A stretch of 64,000 nucleotides of DNA from Candidatus Hydrothermarchaeum profundi (GTDB taxonomy: Archaea; Hydrothermarchaeota; Hydrothermarchaeia; Hydrothermarchaeales; Hydrothermarchaeaceae), in the NCBI GenBank assembly GCA_002011125.2, contig MTMF02000009.1, positions 1,608,989-1,672,988 of the forward strand. The letters are read 5' to 3'. A program made the translations under genes and the position numbers. The notes under the pieces are model-generated. The model did not search any database. It was given only the letters and a program-made list of their open reading frames with translations, and had not been told where the DNA came from. Shown here piece after piece: positions 29,016 to 40,263 of this stretch. The number at the start of each line of letters is the position of its first letter. Positions within the stretch are counted from its first letter, which is position 1.

Positions 29016-29852
29016 GTGGTTTTTCAACATCAATATCAATATCAGTATCAATATCAAACACAACTAGGATTTCAATATCAGTCTTTTGACCAGCTTATCC
29101 ACGAGCTTCCATTAACGGTTATTGTCCTTTCAATTTTTATAGCTTTGAGCCCTTTTTTTATATATTTACTTCATAGAAGAGGCGTTATTCCATCCGTCAT
29201 GAAACCTATTTTTAAGGCAGGATTACTTGTAAAAACAAAGTTAAGAGATAGAAGCATAAAATCTAGGATAACCGATGAATATACTAGTCTCAGAGATAAG
29301 AGAATAGAGTTCGGTTCGGTCGTATCCTTGGGTTTTTACTTGGCAAACGTCGTATTATTTTTATTGGTAGCTACAAAGATGATATTTTTTGGATTAGTGG
29401 TTTCTCAATCTATGCTTCCTACTCTAGCGCCTGCCGACTTAGTACTTTGTGAAGCTATCTCGATAAATAGTATAGAAAAAGGCGATATAGTTGTATTCTC
29501 GCCTCCAAACGGTGGCCCTATGACAATTCACAGGGTAGTAAGAGTGGGCCCGGATGGAATTAGAACCCGCGGGGATAACGTGGGGACAATGGACCCATGG
29601 ACGCTGAAGAAAGAGGATATCGTAGGTAAAGCGGTCATGGTTAATGGTAAACCCGTTATTCTAAAGAACTTTGGAACATATTTTATGCCTCGAAGAACTT
29701 ATATTCCAGGATCTGATCCCGCGTATGATTTTGTTAGAGGCATGATAAACGCCGTACATAGGTTTGGTCCGATATTTATTATATCTCTTGCTCTCTTAGC
29801 CCTAGTGTTCAGTTTTGGGGGAAAAAAGAAAAGGTATCTAACATATTCTTAA
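29016..29852 (+). CDS. Signal peptidase I (S26, archaeal Ser/His type)
   Basis: Motifs SQSMLPTL, GDIVVF, IHRVV and RTRGDN; extra TM segments. The start is uncertain. Confidence 0.85.
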   Translation: MVFQHQYQYQYQYQTQLGFQYQSFDQLIHELPLTVIVLSIFIALSPFFIYLLHRRGVIPSVMKPIFKAGLLVKTKLRDRSIKSRITDEYTSLRDKRIEFGSVVSLGFYLANVVLFLLVATKMIFFGLVVSQSMLPTLAPADLVLCEAISINSIEKGDIVVFSPPNGGPMTIHRVVRVGPDGIRTRGDNVGTMDPWTLKKEDIVGKAVMVNGKPVILKNFGTYFMPRRTYIPGSDPAYDFVRGMINAVHRFGPIFIISLALLALVFSFGGKKKRYLTYS

Positions 29853-29882
29853 AAAATAATAGAAAATTAAAAGGCACTAAAT

Positions 29883-30851
29883 ATGAAGCCACAAGAACCG
29901 CCAAAAATTGGGGAGCTGCCTCCAGAGGAACATGCTATTGGAATTTACGCTGGATTAGCTCTGGGAGGGCTTATTCTTGGAACTGGAGCCTCAGTATTAT
30001 TTAGAGACATACTCATGACGTTTACTACAGAGGGTTTGACTTTTAATCTTATCATGATATTCAGGATCTTCCTATTCTTTTTTTCAGCTTACGCGTCTCT
30101 AGCATGCTTTTTCGGGCTATTCAGAATGATAGGGTTACAACGTATGTTAGTGCGGGAAGTTGATAAGGAATTTAAAGACTTTGTGATGTATGCTAGACCT
30201 CTGATAGAAGAGATAATTAAGCAGAGAATCGTGGGTGAAACAATCGCGGAAAAACTTGATAATCTCATACGTTCAACGACAACGGTAGAGGATAAAAGAC
30301 GGTTTGAATATGGCAGACCACTAGACATTAGAGTACCTAAGTGGGGAGAGTTTCTATTGTTCGTCGCACTTTTGGCTAACATAAGTATTGGGCTTTTTAT
30401 TTTTTTAGAGAGGCATCCTTGGGAGCTCGTACCTTATAGTATCATCCTGTTGGCGATTGGCTGGTGGGTAGTGATAGCAAAATACTTCGGTCTTTTATAT
30501 GAGATACGTTCTCAGTATTTTCCAGCATTTTTTATACTTCTCATGCCAACATTATCTATACTCCTTAGAGCTTATCTAGAACTTTATCAGACCCTTTACT
30601 TAGTTTTTATATTTTTATTCCTCTATGTCATTTCAATGTACTTTTACTTCAAATACCTCGCAACTGGAGAGATTCCGCTATTTATAATAAAGAGCTTCTC
30701 GAGAGTAGGCATAGATTTAGAGAAGAGCAAGGAACTACCCTTTCACTTAAAAAAGTATATGCCCCCAGAGAAACCTGAAAAGAAAGAAAAGTTTATTACC
30801 ATAAAAATGAGTGAGAAACTAAAAACGATTTTAAAGAAGTTTAAAAGATAA
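29883..30851 (+). CDS. Uncharacterised multi-pass membrane protein
   Basis: 2 TM segments, a soluble helical loop, then 4 TM segments; lies in the cytochrome operon. Confidence 0.75.
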   Translation: MKPQEPPKIGELPPEEHAIGIYAGLALGGLILGTGASVLFRDILMTFTTEGLTFNLIMIFRIFLFFFSAYASLACFFGLFRMIGLQRMLVREVDKEFKDFVMYARPLIEEIIKQRIVGETIAEKLDNLIRSTTTVEDKRRFEYGRPLDIRVPKWGEFLLFVALLANISIGLFIFLERHPWELVPYSIILLAIGWWVVIAKYFGLLYEIRSQYFPAFFILLMPTLSILLRAYLELYQTLYLVFIFLFLYVISMYFYFKYLATGEIPLFIIKSFSRVGIDLEKSKELPFHLKKYMPPEKPEKKEKFITIKMSEKLKTILKKFKR

Positions 30852-30856
30852 AAAAA

Positions 30857-31789
30857 ATGACCGCTAAAATATTTTTAAAACTCTTAAATCAATATACTGA
30901 AGCTATTAGAAACTACTGTGAAGCATTAGGTTGGGACTACGAGAAATTTAAGACTAGTATTAGTGATGAAGGAATCAGTCACCCCGAGTTATATTTGGAG
31001 GATCCAAATGAGGGGATACTTGACAGGATAAGCCAGTTCTTGGAGCCCAGCAATCAGAGCTCAGTTTTAATTATCTGGGATGATGTGGGGATGGGTAAGA
31101 GTTCGATTAGAGATTTTGTTTCGAAATCCTTAGATGAAGTAGGGAGCTATCATACGGTCGTTATAACTGACCCCAGACTTACTCCATTACAACTTCTTCG
31201 TGCAATCGCGGACCAGCTAGATGCTAAGGCGGATGTTTGGAACGATCGGGGGAAAGTTAAAGAAGCCCTTTGGAAGAGGATGTTGGAAGTTACTGGGCTT
31301 GGGATAAACATAGTTATATGGGTTGATGAAGCAGAAAAGGTGGATAAAAATATAATATCCGAACTAAGAGCTTTAAGCGATATTAAAAGAGAAGACGGCT
31401 CTAAGCTTTGTAAGATTATTCTCTCAGGGACCCCTCGGTTAAAAGAGAAACTAGAGGATTACATCGAGAGCCGCTCAAGCGACGTACTCGCCTTTGACGA
31501 TAGGGCAAGTTTAAATACTCTTCGGCTTAATAAGTGGAAACCAGGAGATATCTATAACTATTGGAATCTTCTAGCTGAATATTGTGGAGGTATTAATCCC
31601 TTCAGTAAAGAAGCCGCTGAAACCGTATGGGAAATAAGTGATGGTAAACCGAGGACAATTGCTCAGATTACTAAGCTTGTTATAAACCAAAAGGCAATGG
31701 ATTATTATAAGAGAGGTGGAGCACCAGAGATAACTCCTGAGTTTATATTGGATACCATCAGAAAACACTTAGGTGAGGGAAGTGCGTAA
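30857..31789 (+). CDS. ExeA/GspA-like AAA ATPase
   Basis: Walker A variant DDVGMGKS, Walker B WVDEAE, and the ExeA-type motifs IILSGTPRL and SDGKPRTI. Confidence 0.78.
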   Translation: MTAKIFLKLLNQYTEAIRNYCEALGWDYEKFKTSISDEGISHPELYLEDPNEGILDRISQFLEPSNQSSVLIIWDDVGMGKSSIRDFVSKSLDEVGSYHTVVITDPRLTPLQLLRAIADQLDAKADVWNDRGKVKEALWKRMLEVTGLGINIVIWVDEAEKVDKNIISELRALSDIKREDGSKLCKIILSGTPRLKEKLEDYIESRSSDVLAFDDRASLNTLRLNKWKPGDIYNYWNLLAEYCGGINPFSKEAAETVWEISDGKPRTIAQITKLVINQKAMDYYKRGGAPEITPEFILDTIRKHLGEGSA

Positions 31790-32255
31790 AAAGTTGGATC
31801 TGCGAGAGAAACTTAGGAAGTTGTCAGAGGAGAAGAGGAGAGAGACAGCATTATTAAGGGCTAAAAAGATCGTAGAAATCCCTCAAAAACCTAAACTACT
31901 TTCAATATCTGAGCTGAGTTTTCCTCAAGGGTCACCTCTTAAGCGCTCCGATATAATTACCTCGAAGACAAGATTAGAGGAGACGCTAGTGCATGAGTCG
32001 AACTCTGAGATAGAGGTAAAATGGACAGTTACTGAGGATGCATATGCTGAAGAGTTTGGCTCTGCAGTTAGAGAGGGATTTACCCAAGTTAAAACACATC
32101 CTCCTACGTATGCTTTTAGGTATAAAGAGGGAGGAATAGTTCTTTCACACTTAGGTGCATACACTTTTGTATTGGGGAGTTATACATTAGAGATTGAAAA
32201 GCTTTCTGAGCTTCTGGAGTTTGCAATCAGGGTTTTAAAGCCTAAAATCACTTAA
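31773..32255 (+). CDS. Hypothetical protein
   Basis: 160-aa ORF overlapping the end of the ATPase gene, with a basic coiled N-terminus. Confidence 0.6.
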   Translation: MREVRKKLDLREKLRKLSEEKRRETALLRAKKIVEIPQKPKLLSISELSFPQGSPLKRSDIITSKTRLEETLVHESNSEIEVKWTVTEDAYAEEFGSAVREGFTQVKTHPPTYAFRYKEGGIVLSHLGAYTFVLGSYTLEIEKLSELLEFAIRVLKPKIT

Positions 32256-32262
32256 GAAATAA

Positions 32263-34737
32263 TTAACTTTCTTCTAAAGCTTTTTCATATTGTTTCTTAA
32301 GAGTCTTATACGCTTTCTTGGATATTTTACCCTCTTCGTATGATTTTCTAAGTTCAGCTAACGATTTCTCTAAGTATTCTCTATCTGGGTTAGATACCTG
32401 ACCGGCTGAATCCTCTGCGATCATCCTAGAGTAGCGAACTGGTGGTATCTCCAGCCTTGTCTCAATAATTATCAGAGGAAGTATCCCAACAGATAAAAGG
32501 ACTATTCCAAGCCAAAGGATGCCTACTCCTGGGATAATTTTTACAGTTAGCGGCACAATCACACTGCCTGGTCTCTGAGTTGCTAATCCCTGAAAGATGA
32601 CATAAACATCAGAGAATAACCCTCGATTGATGTAGACGTGGGTCACTTTCCCAAATTTTCTATCATCAATGGACTCTGCAAGGCCACCTCCTATGTACTT
32701 ATCGTCTTTATATACGCCTAGTTCTATGGCTGTAGCCCACCATCCATCTTGAGTAAGATAGACTTCGATATCATTTACAGCGATGGCATAACCCATTAGG
32801 ATACTTCTTTTAATTCCTTTCTCATCTGGAAAAGTAAAACTCGTAGACATCTCAGCTTCGTATACTGCGCTTATTAAAGTTCCGATGAGAATCAACGCTA
32901 ATCCCAGATGAATGAGGTAGATGCTAGCCTGTCGAAGTTTACCTTTCAGTGTTTTAGGAGAAGATATTCCATGAACTATTCTATAAATAGCTCCCATGCC
33001 GCCAAAAAGAGCCAAGGGTCCTAGAGAATTTATGTAGAGATTCGCGGTAGGTTTCACAATAATTGAAACTGCTGTAGCTATAATTACCCCGGCTGCCATC
33101 CTAGTAAGTTTATCTTTATTTATCTTACTGTAGAGAAGGCAAAATCCCATAGCAAGCATCAGCAATGCAGTAAAAGGGAGGCTCCATTTATTAAAAAACT
33201 CTACTCCTACAGAAATTTTAGCTCCAGTTCTAGCCTGTACTAGCATCGGATAAGTTATACCCCAGAAGGATACGAAAGCTAGTACAGATAAGAGTACAAC
33301 TGCTATATAGAACAGGTTTTCACGTGTTAGAAGCTCTATTTTCTCCTCTTCCTCTTTTTCTTCTAGTTGGACATTTGAATTTTTACTTTTTAAATCTTCA
33401 CCTTCATCCCACACCCTCCTTAAGATTAAGAATAATACGAATGTAAGAGCAAATATAAAGATAGCCTGCCTAAATGTAGGCAATGCACTGCCTCCTTTTT
33501 CGAGGAACTTCTTGTAGAGTGCTAATACAAACTGGGAGGAAATGAATGAGCAGATTAAATTTATAGAGTCTTTATTCACCTGTGTTATCTTACCTTCATT
33601 TCTACGGTAGAAATCTATTCCGAGTATTAATGAAACAAAAGCAATATTCACCATAAGAAATGCTAGCCATGGCCCTGTGGTCGTTTGAGCAAAAGCATGA
33701 ACGGATTCCCACAAGCCGCTTCTCGTTATAAACGTAGCGTAGACTACAAGGAGAAAGGTTATTACTGCTAAAAAGGGCGAGAATATCTTAAAGTCCCCTC
33801 GCCTCTTATACTGTACTGAAGCATGCAATAAGCCGGTCAATGTTAACCAAGGTATAAATGAAGATGTTTCAACGGGATCCCATGCCCAGTAACCGCCCCA
33901 GCCGAGTACTTTATATGACCAGAACCCTCCTACCGCTATGCCTAAAGTAAGGAAGAGCCATGCAAACCTATTCCACTGCTTGCTATATGATTCCCAGGTT
34001 GCCTCTCCCGTAGAAAGGTATACCAAAGCTCCAGATAAAGTAATAGTAACTGCAGCGTATGCGATGAATATTACTGGAGGATGCACCGCCATCCAAGGAT
34101 CTCTAAGCAACGGATTCAAGCCGTTTCCTTCTATAGATGCCACTAACTCTGGTGTGACATCAGGGTATATCTCATATAGGGTCTTAAAAGGGGTTACTAG
34201 GATGGTAAGTGTAATGAAAAAGATGCCTATAAGTAGATTTATAATCTGGGATTTTCTAATAAATGTATTCTCTAATCCGCTCTTCTCCTGTATGATCCAC
34301 GTATATACAAAAATTAACCACGCCCAGAGAAGATATGTTCCCTCCTGTCCTGCCCATACTGCGGAGAGTTTATATACCGTTGGCAGAGTCGTGCTACTAA
34401 ACTGCCATACATAGTTTATAGAGAAATCCGACTTAAGGAAGTAATATGTCAGAAGAATAACTGAAAATGTAAGAAACCCTGTGGTACATCTAATCGCCCA
34501 AGGAATAAGCTTTAGTGCTTTTTTATATCCTTTTATTTCATAAGCTAATAGCATTATTATCGAAGTAGCTGCGAGGAGCCAACTTAAGGCGAGTAAAACA
34601 TTTCCTTCTGATAGTCCTCCAAGACTATAAAGGCCAAAAGGTAATGATGAGAGATTGCTTCTAAATGGCAACAGTAAGAGAATCACAGAGGCAATGACGA
34701 TTAGTAGTGGAAGAATTGGCTTCTTATCTCCTTCCAT
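32263..34737 (-). CDS. ccmF: Cytochrome c heme lyase CcmF
   Basis: Motifs WAGQEG, GLNPLL, HPP, LGWGGYWAWDPVE and TRSGLWESVHAF; short SHOCT-like C-terminal tail. Confidence 0.95.
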   Translation of the reverse strand: MEGDKKPILPLLIVIASVILLLLPFRSNLSSLPFGLYSLGGLSEGNVLLALSWLLAATSIIMLLAYEIKGYKKALKLIPWAIRCTTGFLTFSVILLTYYFLKSDFSINYVWQFSSTTLPTVYKLSAVWAGQEGTYLLWAWLIFVYTWIIQEKSGLENTFIRKSQIINLLIGIFFITLTILVTPFKTLYEIYPDVTPELVASIEGNGLNPLLRDPWMAVHPPVIFIAYAAVTITLSGALVYLSTGEATWESYSKQWNRFAWLFLTLGIAVGGFWSYKVLGWGGYWAWDPVETSSFIPWLTLTGLLHASVQYKRRGDFKIFSPFLAVITFLLVVYATFITRSGLWESVHAFAQTTTGPWLAFLMVNIAFVSLILGIDFYRRNEGKITQVNKDSINLICSFISSQFVLALYKKFLEKGGSALPTFRQAIFIFALTFVLFLILRRVWDEGEDLKSKNSNVQLEEKEEEEKIELLTRENLFYIAVVLLSVLAFVSFWGITYPMLVQARTGAKISVGVEFFNKWSLPFTALLMLAMGFCLLYSKINKDKLTRMAAGVIIATAVSIIVKPTANLYINSLGPLALFGGMGAIYRIVHGISSPKTLKGKLRQASIYLIHLGLALILIGTLISAVYEAEMSTSFTFPDEKGIKRSILMGYAIAVNDIEVYLTQDGWWATAIELGVYKDDKYIGGGLAESIDDRKFGKVTHVYINRGLFSDVYVIFQGLATQRPGSVIVPLTVKIIPGVGILWLGIVLLSVGILPLIIIETRLEIPPVRYSRMIAEDSAGQVSNPDREYLEKSLAELRKSYEEGKISKKAYKTLKKQYEKALEES

Positions 34738-34739
34738 CC

Positions 34740-35174
34740 TTACACCGTTTCATTTAGCTGAAGTTCATACTTAGAAGGACACTTAACAAGTATCTGTTCT
34801 GCCTTAAATTGGTTTGGTGACACAAGTGAACCTATAACCACAACATCTATTTCTGACTCGCTTCCTAGATCCTTACCTACCGGGAAATTACTAGGTAATA
34901 CGCCTTCATAGGTCACCTGTATTTGTGAAACGTCATCAGTTAATACAAAAGTCAATGTGTTTGGAACCCAGCGTACGGTTTCTTCTACCACCCGCCCTTC
35001 TAACTGTATCTGCCTATTCAGGAACTTATCTGGACTTGATACTACTTCGCTTACCGACTTATAGGGATTAACAAACCCAGATAAAGCACTGAAGCCTATC
35101 GCGACAAAAAGGATGATAATGAGTGCTCCAAAACCGACCTTTAATTTTTTGGCTGTTTTTTTATCCACCAACAT
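34740..35174 (-). CDS. ccmE: Heme chaperone CcmE, CxxxY type
   Basis: N-terminal TM segment, YEGVLP, and C-terminal KCPSKY. Confidence 0.92.
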   Translation of the reverse strand: MLVDKKTAKKLKVGFGALIIILFVAIGFSALSGFVNPYKSVSEVVSSPDKFLNRQIQLEGRVVEETVRWVPNTLTFVLTDDVSQIQVTYEGVLPSNFPVGKDLGSESEIDVVVIGSLVSPNQFKAEQILVKCPSKYELQLNETV

Positions 35175-35284
35175 CACCTACTTTTAATCTTCCTAATCCT
35201 CCCATCTATATACACCATGTATAATATCAGTACCGTCCACAAGATGGTTGCAACAATAAATATGCTGGTGTAATTTTCCATCAT
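35174..35284 (-). CDS. ccmD: CcmD-like small membrane protein (36 aa), not in the ORF track
   Basis: MMENYTSIFIVATILWTVLILYMVYIDGRIRKIKSR: a single TM segment plus basic tail, between ccmC and ccmE, with a TGATG overlap onto ccmE. Confidence 0.7.
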   Translation of the reverse strand: MMENYTSIFIVATILWTVLILYMVYIDGRIRKIKSR

Positions 35285-35294
35285 ATTCCTCCTA

Positions 35295-35963
35295 TCAAAT
35301 TGCCTTTGTTGTTGTATCCTCTAACTCCTGAAGTTTTACTTCAAGCCAAAGGAGATATCCGTATAGTAAAAGGACACCGACAATCATAATAATTAAAACA
35401 GGCCTCATTTGGGGTGAGAGGCTAAACTCCTTCAATCTTGGATGAAGAGAAAACCACATCGTAGTGGATATATATGTTAGAGGGATGCCTGCATACCCAA
35501 ACACCCCTAAGATAGCTGAGAGTCTTGCCTTAGATTCTTTATTTACGATAGATGATCTTAAAGCAAAATAGGAAGCAAATATGAACCATAAAATAAGTGT
35601 AGTTGTTTCCCTTGGATCCCAATTCCAATAACTTCCCCAAGCAGGTTTTGCCCAGACCATTCCGGTAAATAAAGTTAATGAACAAAAAATTATCCCCAAC
35701 TTTGCAGAACTCGACGCGACTCTATCCCATTTAAGGTCTCTCGTCTTGAGATACATTAAGCTAAAGACTAATGTCACAGTAAATGCGGTATACGTAGTAG
35801 CATTTATGGGTATATGGAAGAACACATTCCTATAAAGTTCTTCCATGGGTTTTGTTCTAGACTCTATGGGTCCAAAAACCACTAATGCATTATACATGCC
35901 AAAAAGAACCATTATATATACTGTGCCAAGAAGCGCTAGTGCATAGCCTCTTTTAAATTCCAT
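35295..35963 (-). CDS. ccmC: Heme delivery protein CcmC
   Basis: FFHIP, the WWD motif WAKPAWGSYWNWDPRET, and LHP. Confidence 0.95.
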   Translation of the reverse strand: MEFKRGYALALLGTVYIMVLFGMYNALVVFGPIESRTKPMEELYRNVFFHIPINATTYTAFTVTLVFSLMYLKTRDLKWDRVASSSAKLGIIFCSLTLFTGMVWAKPAWGSYWNWDPRETTTLILWFIFASYFALRSSIVNKESKARLSAILGVFGYAGIPLTYISTTMWFSLHPRLKEFSLSPQMRPVLIIMIVGVLLLYGYLLWLEVKLQELEDTTTKAI

Positions 35964-35969
35964 TTAAAG

Positions 35970-36638
35970 TCACTCCTCAAGGGCATAGTCAAAAGTCAAA
36001 AGAGATATAACGGCCATGATAACAGTATACGCTATTATTATTTTAAACTCGCCCATCGTATTTAAAAACGTTTCTCCTTCTACTAAAACTTTCTTTAAAG
36101 CTGATATGGAGGATATTATAATAGGGAACAACACTGGAAAAAGGATAACAGGTAACAGCAGTTCTCTAGCTCGAGCATTAAGTATTAATACTGACATAGC
36201 AGAGCCTACAACTGCAAAACCGAGGTTTCCCAAGGTGAGGTAAAAAAAAGATAAGGCTATACTTCCCGCTACAGGGAAATTAAAGAAGAGTAGGAATATT
36301 GGAAACGATATAACCTCAATTAATACAAGCAAAGAAAAATTGTAAGCGACTTTACCCAGCAAGATGTCTGTTCCACTAACCGGAGAGAGTTTTAACCCCT
36401 CGAGAGTTCCTAGATCTTTTTCTCTAGTAAAGGCCCTTGACAGGCCCAGCATGCCTGAAAAAATTAAAATAAGCCATAAAAGACCTGGCCCGATGTCTGG
36501 GACAGCTGCGATAAAAGCGCCTACAATATAGCTAAACATTAAAATTGAAAGAAGAGCAAAAAGAAGCATGAAATTTATAGTATGCTTTGTTCTAAACTCT
36601 ATTAAGAGGTCCTTCTTAGCTATTTTTAGCGCCTTCAT
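35970..36638 (-). CDS. ccmB: Heme exporter permease CcmB
   Basis: Motifs KDLLIEFR, REKDLGTLEGL and RELLLPVILFP. Confidence 0.93.
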   Translation of the reverse strand: MKALKIAKKDLLIEFRTKHTINFMLLFALLSILMFSYIVGAFIAAVPDIGPGLLWLILIFSGMLGLSRAFTREKDLGTLEGLKLSPVSGTDILLGKVAYNFSLLVLIEVISFPIFLLFFNFPVAGSIALSFFYLTLGNLGFAVVGSAMSVLILNARARELLLPVILFPVLFPIIISSISALKKVLVEGETFLNTMGEFKIIIAYTVIMAVISLLTFDYALEE

Positions 36639-37381
36639 TACTCTACTCCCTTCTCGGTAAGTCTTATGAAAGTCTCTTCCAAAGTCTCAACTCCTTTAAT
36701 TTCTTCGAGTGTGCCACATGCTTTGACCTCCCCTCCGTCAAGGATGCAAGCTTTATCACAAAGTTTTTCAGCTTCATCGAGATAATGAGTCGTAAGCAGG
36801 ATCGTAGTATCCTGTAGGCTAAGCTCTTTTATCCACTTGTAGAAAATGTGCTTACCTTGAATATCCAATCCAGCGGTTGGTTCATCTAACAATAGTATTT
36901 TCGGGGCGTGTATTAAGGCCCTAGCAATAGCCAACCTTTGTTTCATTCCTCTCGAGAAGGTGCCGACAAGTTCGTTTCCTCTATCCTCTAAATTTACCAT
37001 TTTTAGTAATGCTTCCGCATTGTTCCTATTAACTTCAAAAAGATCAGCATAGAAGTGAAGATTTTCCCTAGCTGTAAGCTCATCATATAAAAAGGGATTA
37101 TGCGAGACTACCCCGATAAGTTTCTTTACTTCCTCCGGTTCTTCCTGTAAATCTAGGCCGCTTATTATTATTTCTCCGGATGTGGGTTTAAGTAAGGTAC
37201 TTAATATCTTTATCAAAGTAGTTTTTCCAGCACCATTTGGCCCAAGAAGAGCAAAAGATTCTCCTTCAGCCACAGAAAAACTTACCCGATTAATGGCTAA
37301 GTGGCCACCGAACTCTTTGCACACCTCTTTTAGCTCTATAATAGCCAATCTATCACCGTCGGTTATTTTATTTGATGTCAA
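36638..37381 (-). CDS. ccmA: ABC ATPase CcmA
   Basis: Motifs GPNGAGKT, FSRGMKQR and LLLDEP; first gene of the ccm operon. Confidence 0.9.
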   Translation of the reverse strand: MTSNKITDGDRLAIIELKEVCKEFGGHLAINRVSFSVAEGESFALLGPNGAGKTTLIKILSTLLKPTSGEIIISGLDLQEEPEEVKKLIGVVSHNPFLYDELTARENLHFYADLFEVNRNNAEALLKMVNLEDRGNELVGTFSRGMKQRLAIARALIHAPKILLLDEPTAGLDIQGKHIFYKWIKELSLQDTTILLTTHYLDEAEKLCDKACILDGGEVKACGTLEEIKGVETLEETFIRLTEKGVE

Positions 37382-37394
37382 TATATTACTTTCT

Positions 37395-39092
<1,698 letters not shown>

Positions 39093-39146
39093 TATCCCCC
39101 CTGTTTTTAAAAATCTTCTTATGATGGATACCTACAACTAGAAGCT

Positions 39147-40172
39147 CTAGAACTCTCTTCTAAGATGTTTTGCCACAGTTTCTGGAATCGTTTCAACTAT
39201 CCTCACTCTATGAAGAATTTCCATAAACCCCGCATCAGATGTATAGTACGTTTGAGGGGTGGGCCTTGAAATTATCTTAACACTGAGCCAAAAATTTTTT
39301 TCTCTCTCTCCAATAGCAGAGGAATATGAGGTCAGATTAAAACTCCGCACACCCATTTTATAATAGCCCTTGAGTATTTTTTGCAGACCTTCTACAAAAG
39401 ATGTAATCTCATCATCGGTGAGATCCGATATGCATCCTCTGTCTTGGAATACGGCGTTAACTTCATTATTTCCTATAGGTGCAAAACTTGTAAACCAAGA
39501 TATACTGCCTATCTGTGCTATGAATCTCTCACTATCTTTCTCGTGCTTTATTAGCTCCTCCCAGTAATTTCTTCTCTTTTTCTTCCAGAAATTTTTGCTA
39601 ACTTCTAGAAATAAGTTCGTGAGATAACTTGGCCGGTTATCGACTAATAATTGTACATGAGGATGTACAATGCTTGCTCCTGAAGGTGGGAGGTGATTCC
39701 AATTGAACGAGGGATATTTAGCTTTCCTATCATATTTATTCACTTGACGGAAATAGGTGAGGCTGGCTTTTATCATATCAATTATTTCGGTGGTAGTGAA
39801 CTTGTCTATCTCTTTGAAATGCTCTCTGGTAACTGTGGCTACCGCATGATGTTGGGCGAATGGAAAAAGATTTGGGAACACATAAGTGTCTCCGTAGGTT
39901 ATGCGGTCATCGCTTGATATTTCTGGTGGAAACCGTGGAGTAGTTTCCTTGATTCTCTCTTGGCAGAAGAAGCATTTTTCTTTTGATTTTGCAATTAGCT
40001 CTGGGTATGACGAGCTTTTTTCTCCCTGCTTTACTCTTTCGCTACGCTTGAGGTTAATACGGCATTCAATACCGGTGAGACTGTCTCTCCTATACTCTAT
40101 CGGCTGTTTTTCTCTTTGAAAATCCTTTAAAGGACTTAAAAATTCGGAGTAATATACTTTTTTTTCAAACAT
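39147..40172 (-). CDS. GalT-family nucleotidyltransferase
   Basis: Motifs CFFC, NLFPF and GASIVHPHVQ. Confidence 0.85.
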   Translation of the reverse strand: MFEKKVYYSEFLSPLKDFQREKQPIEYRRDSLTGIECRINLKRSERVKQGEKSSSYPELIAKSKEKCFFCQERIKETTPRFPPEISSDDRITYGDTYVFPNLFPFAQHHAVATVTREHFKEIDKFTTTEIIDMIKASLTYFRQVNKYDRKAKYPSFNWNHLPPSGASIVHPHVQLLVDNRPSYLTNLFLEVSKNFWKKKRRNYWEELIKHEKDSERFIAQIGSISWFTSFAPIGNNEVNAVFQDRGCISDLTDDEITSFVEGLQKILKGYYKMGVRSFNLTSYSSAIGEREKNFWLSVKIISRPTPQTYYTSDAGFMEILHRVRIVETIPETVAKHLRREF

Positions 40173-40263
40173 AGATTCTTCATAAATGTTATGATTCTAA
40201 TAAGTTATCTCTTTAGTAGTTACTCCAAAGTAATTTAAAATCGACTATAAGATAATAGATACT

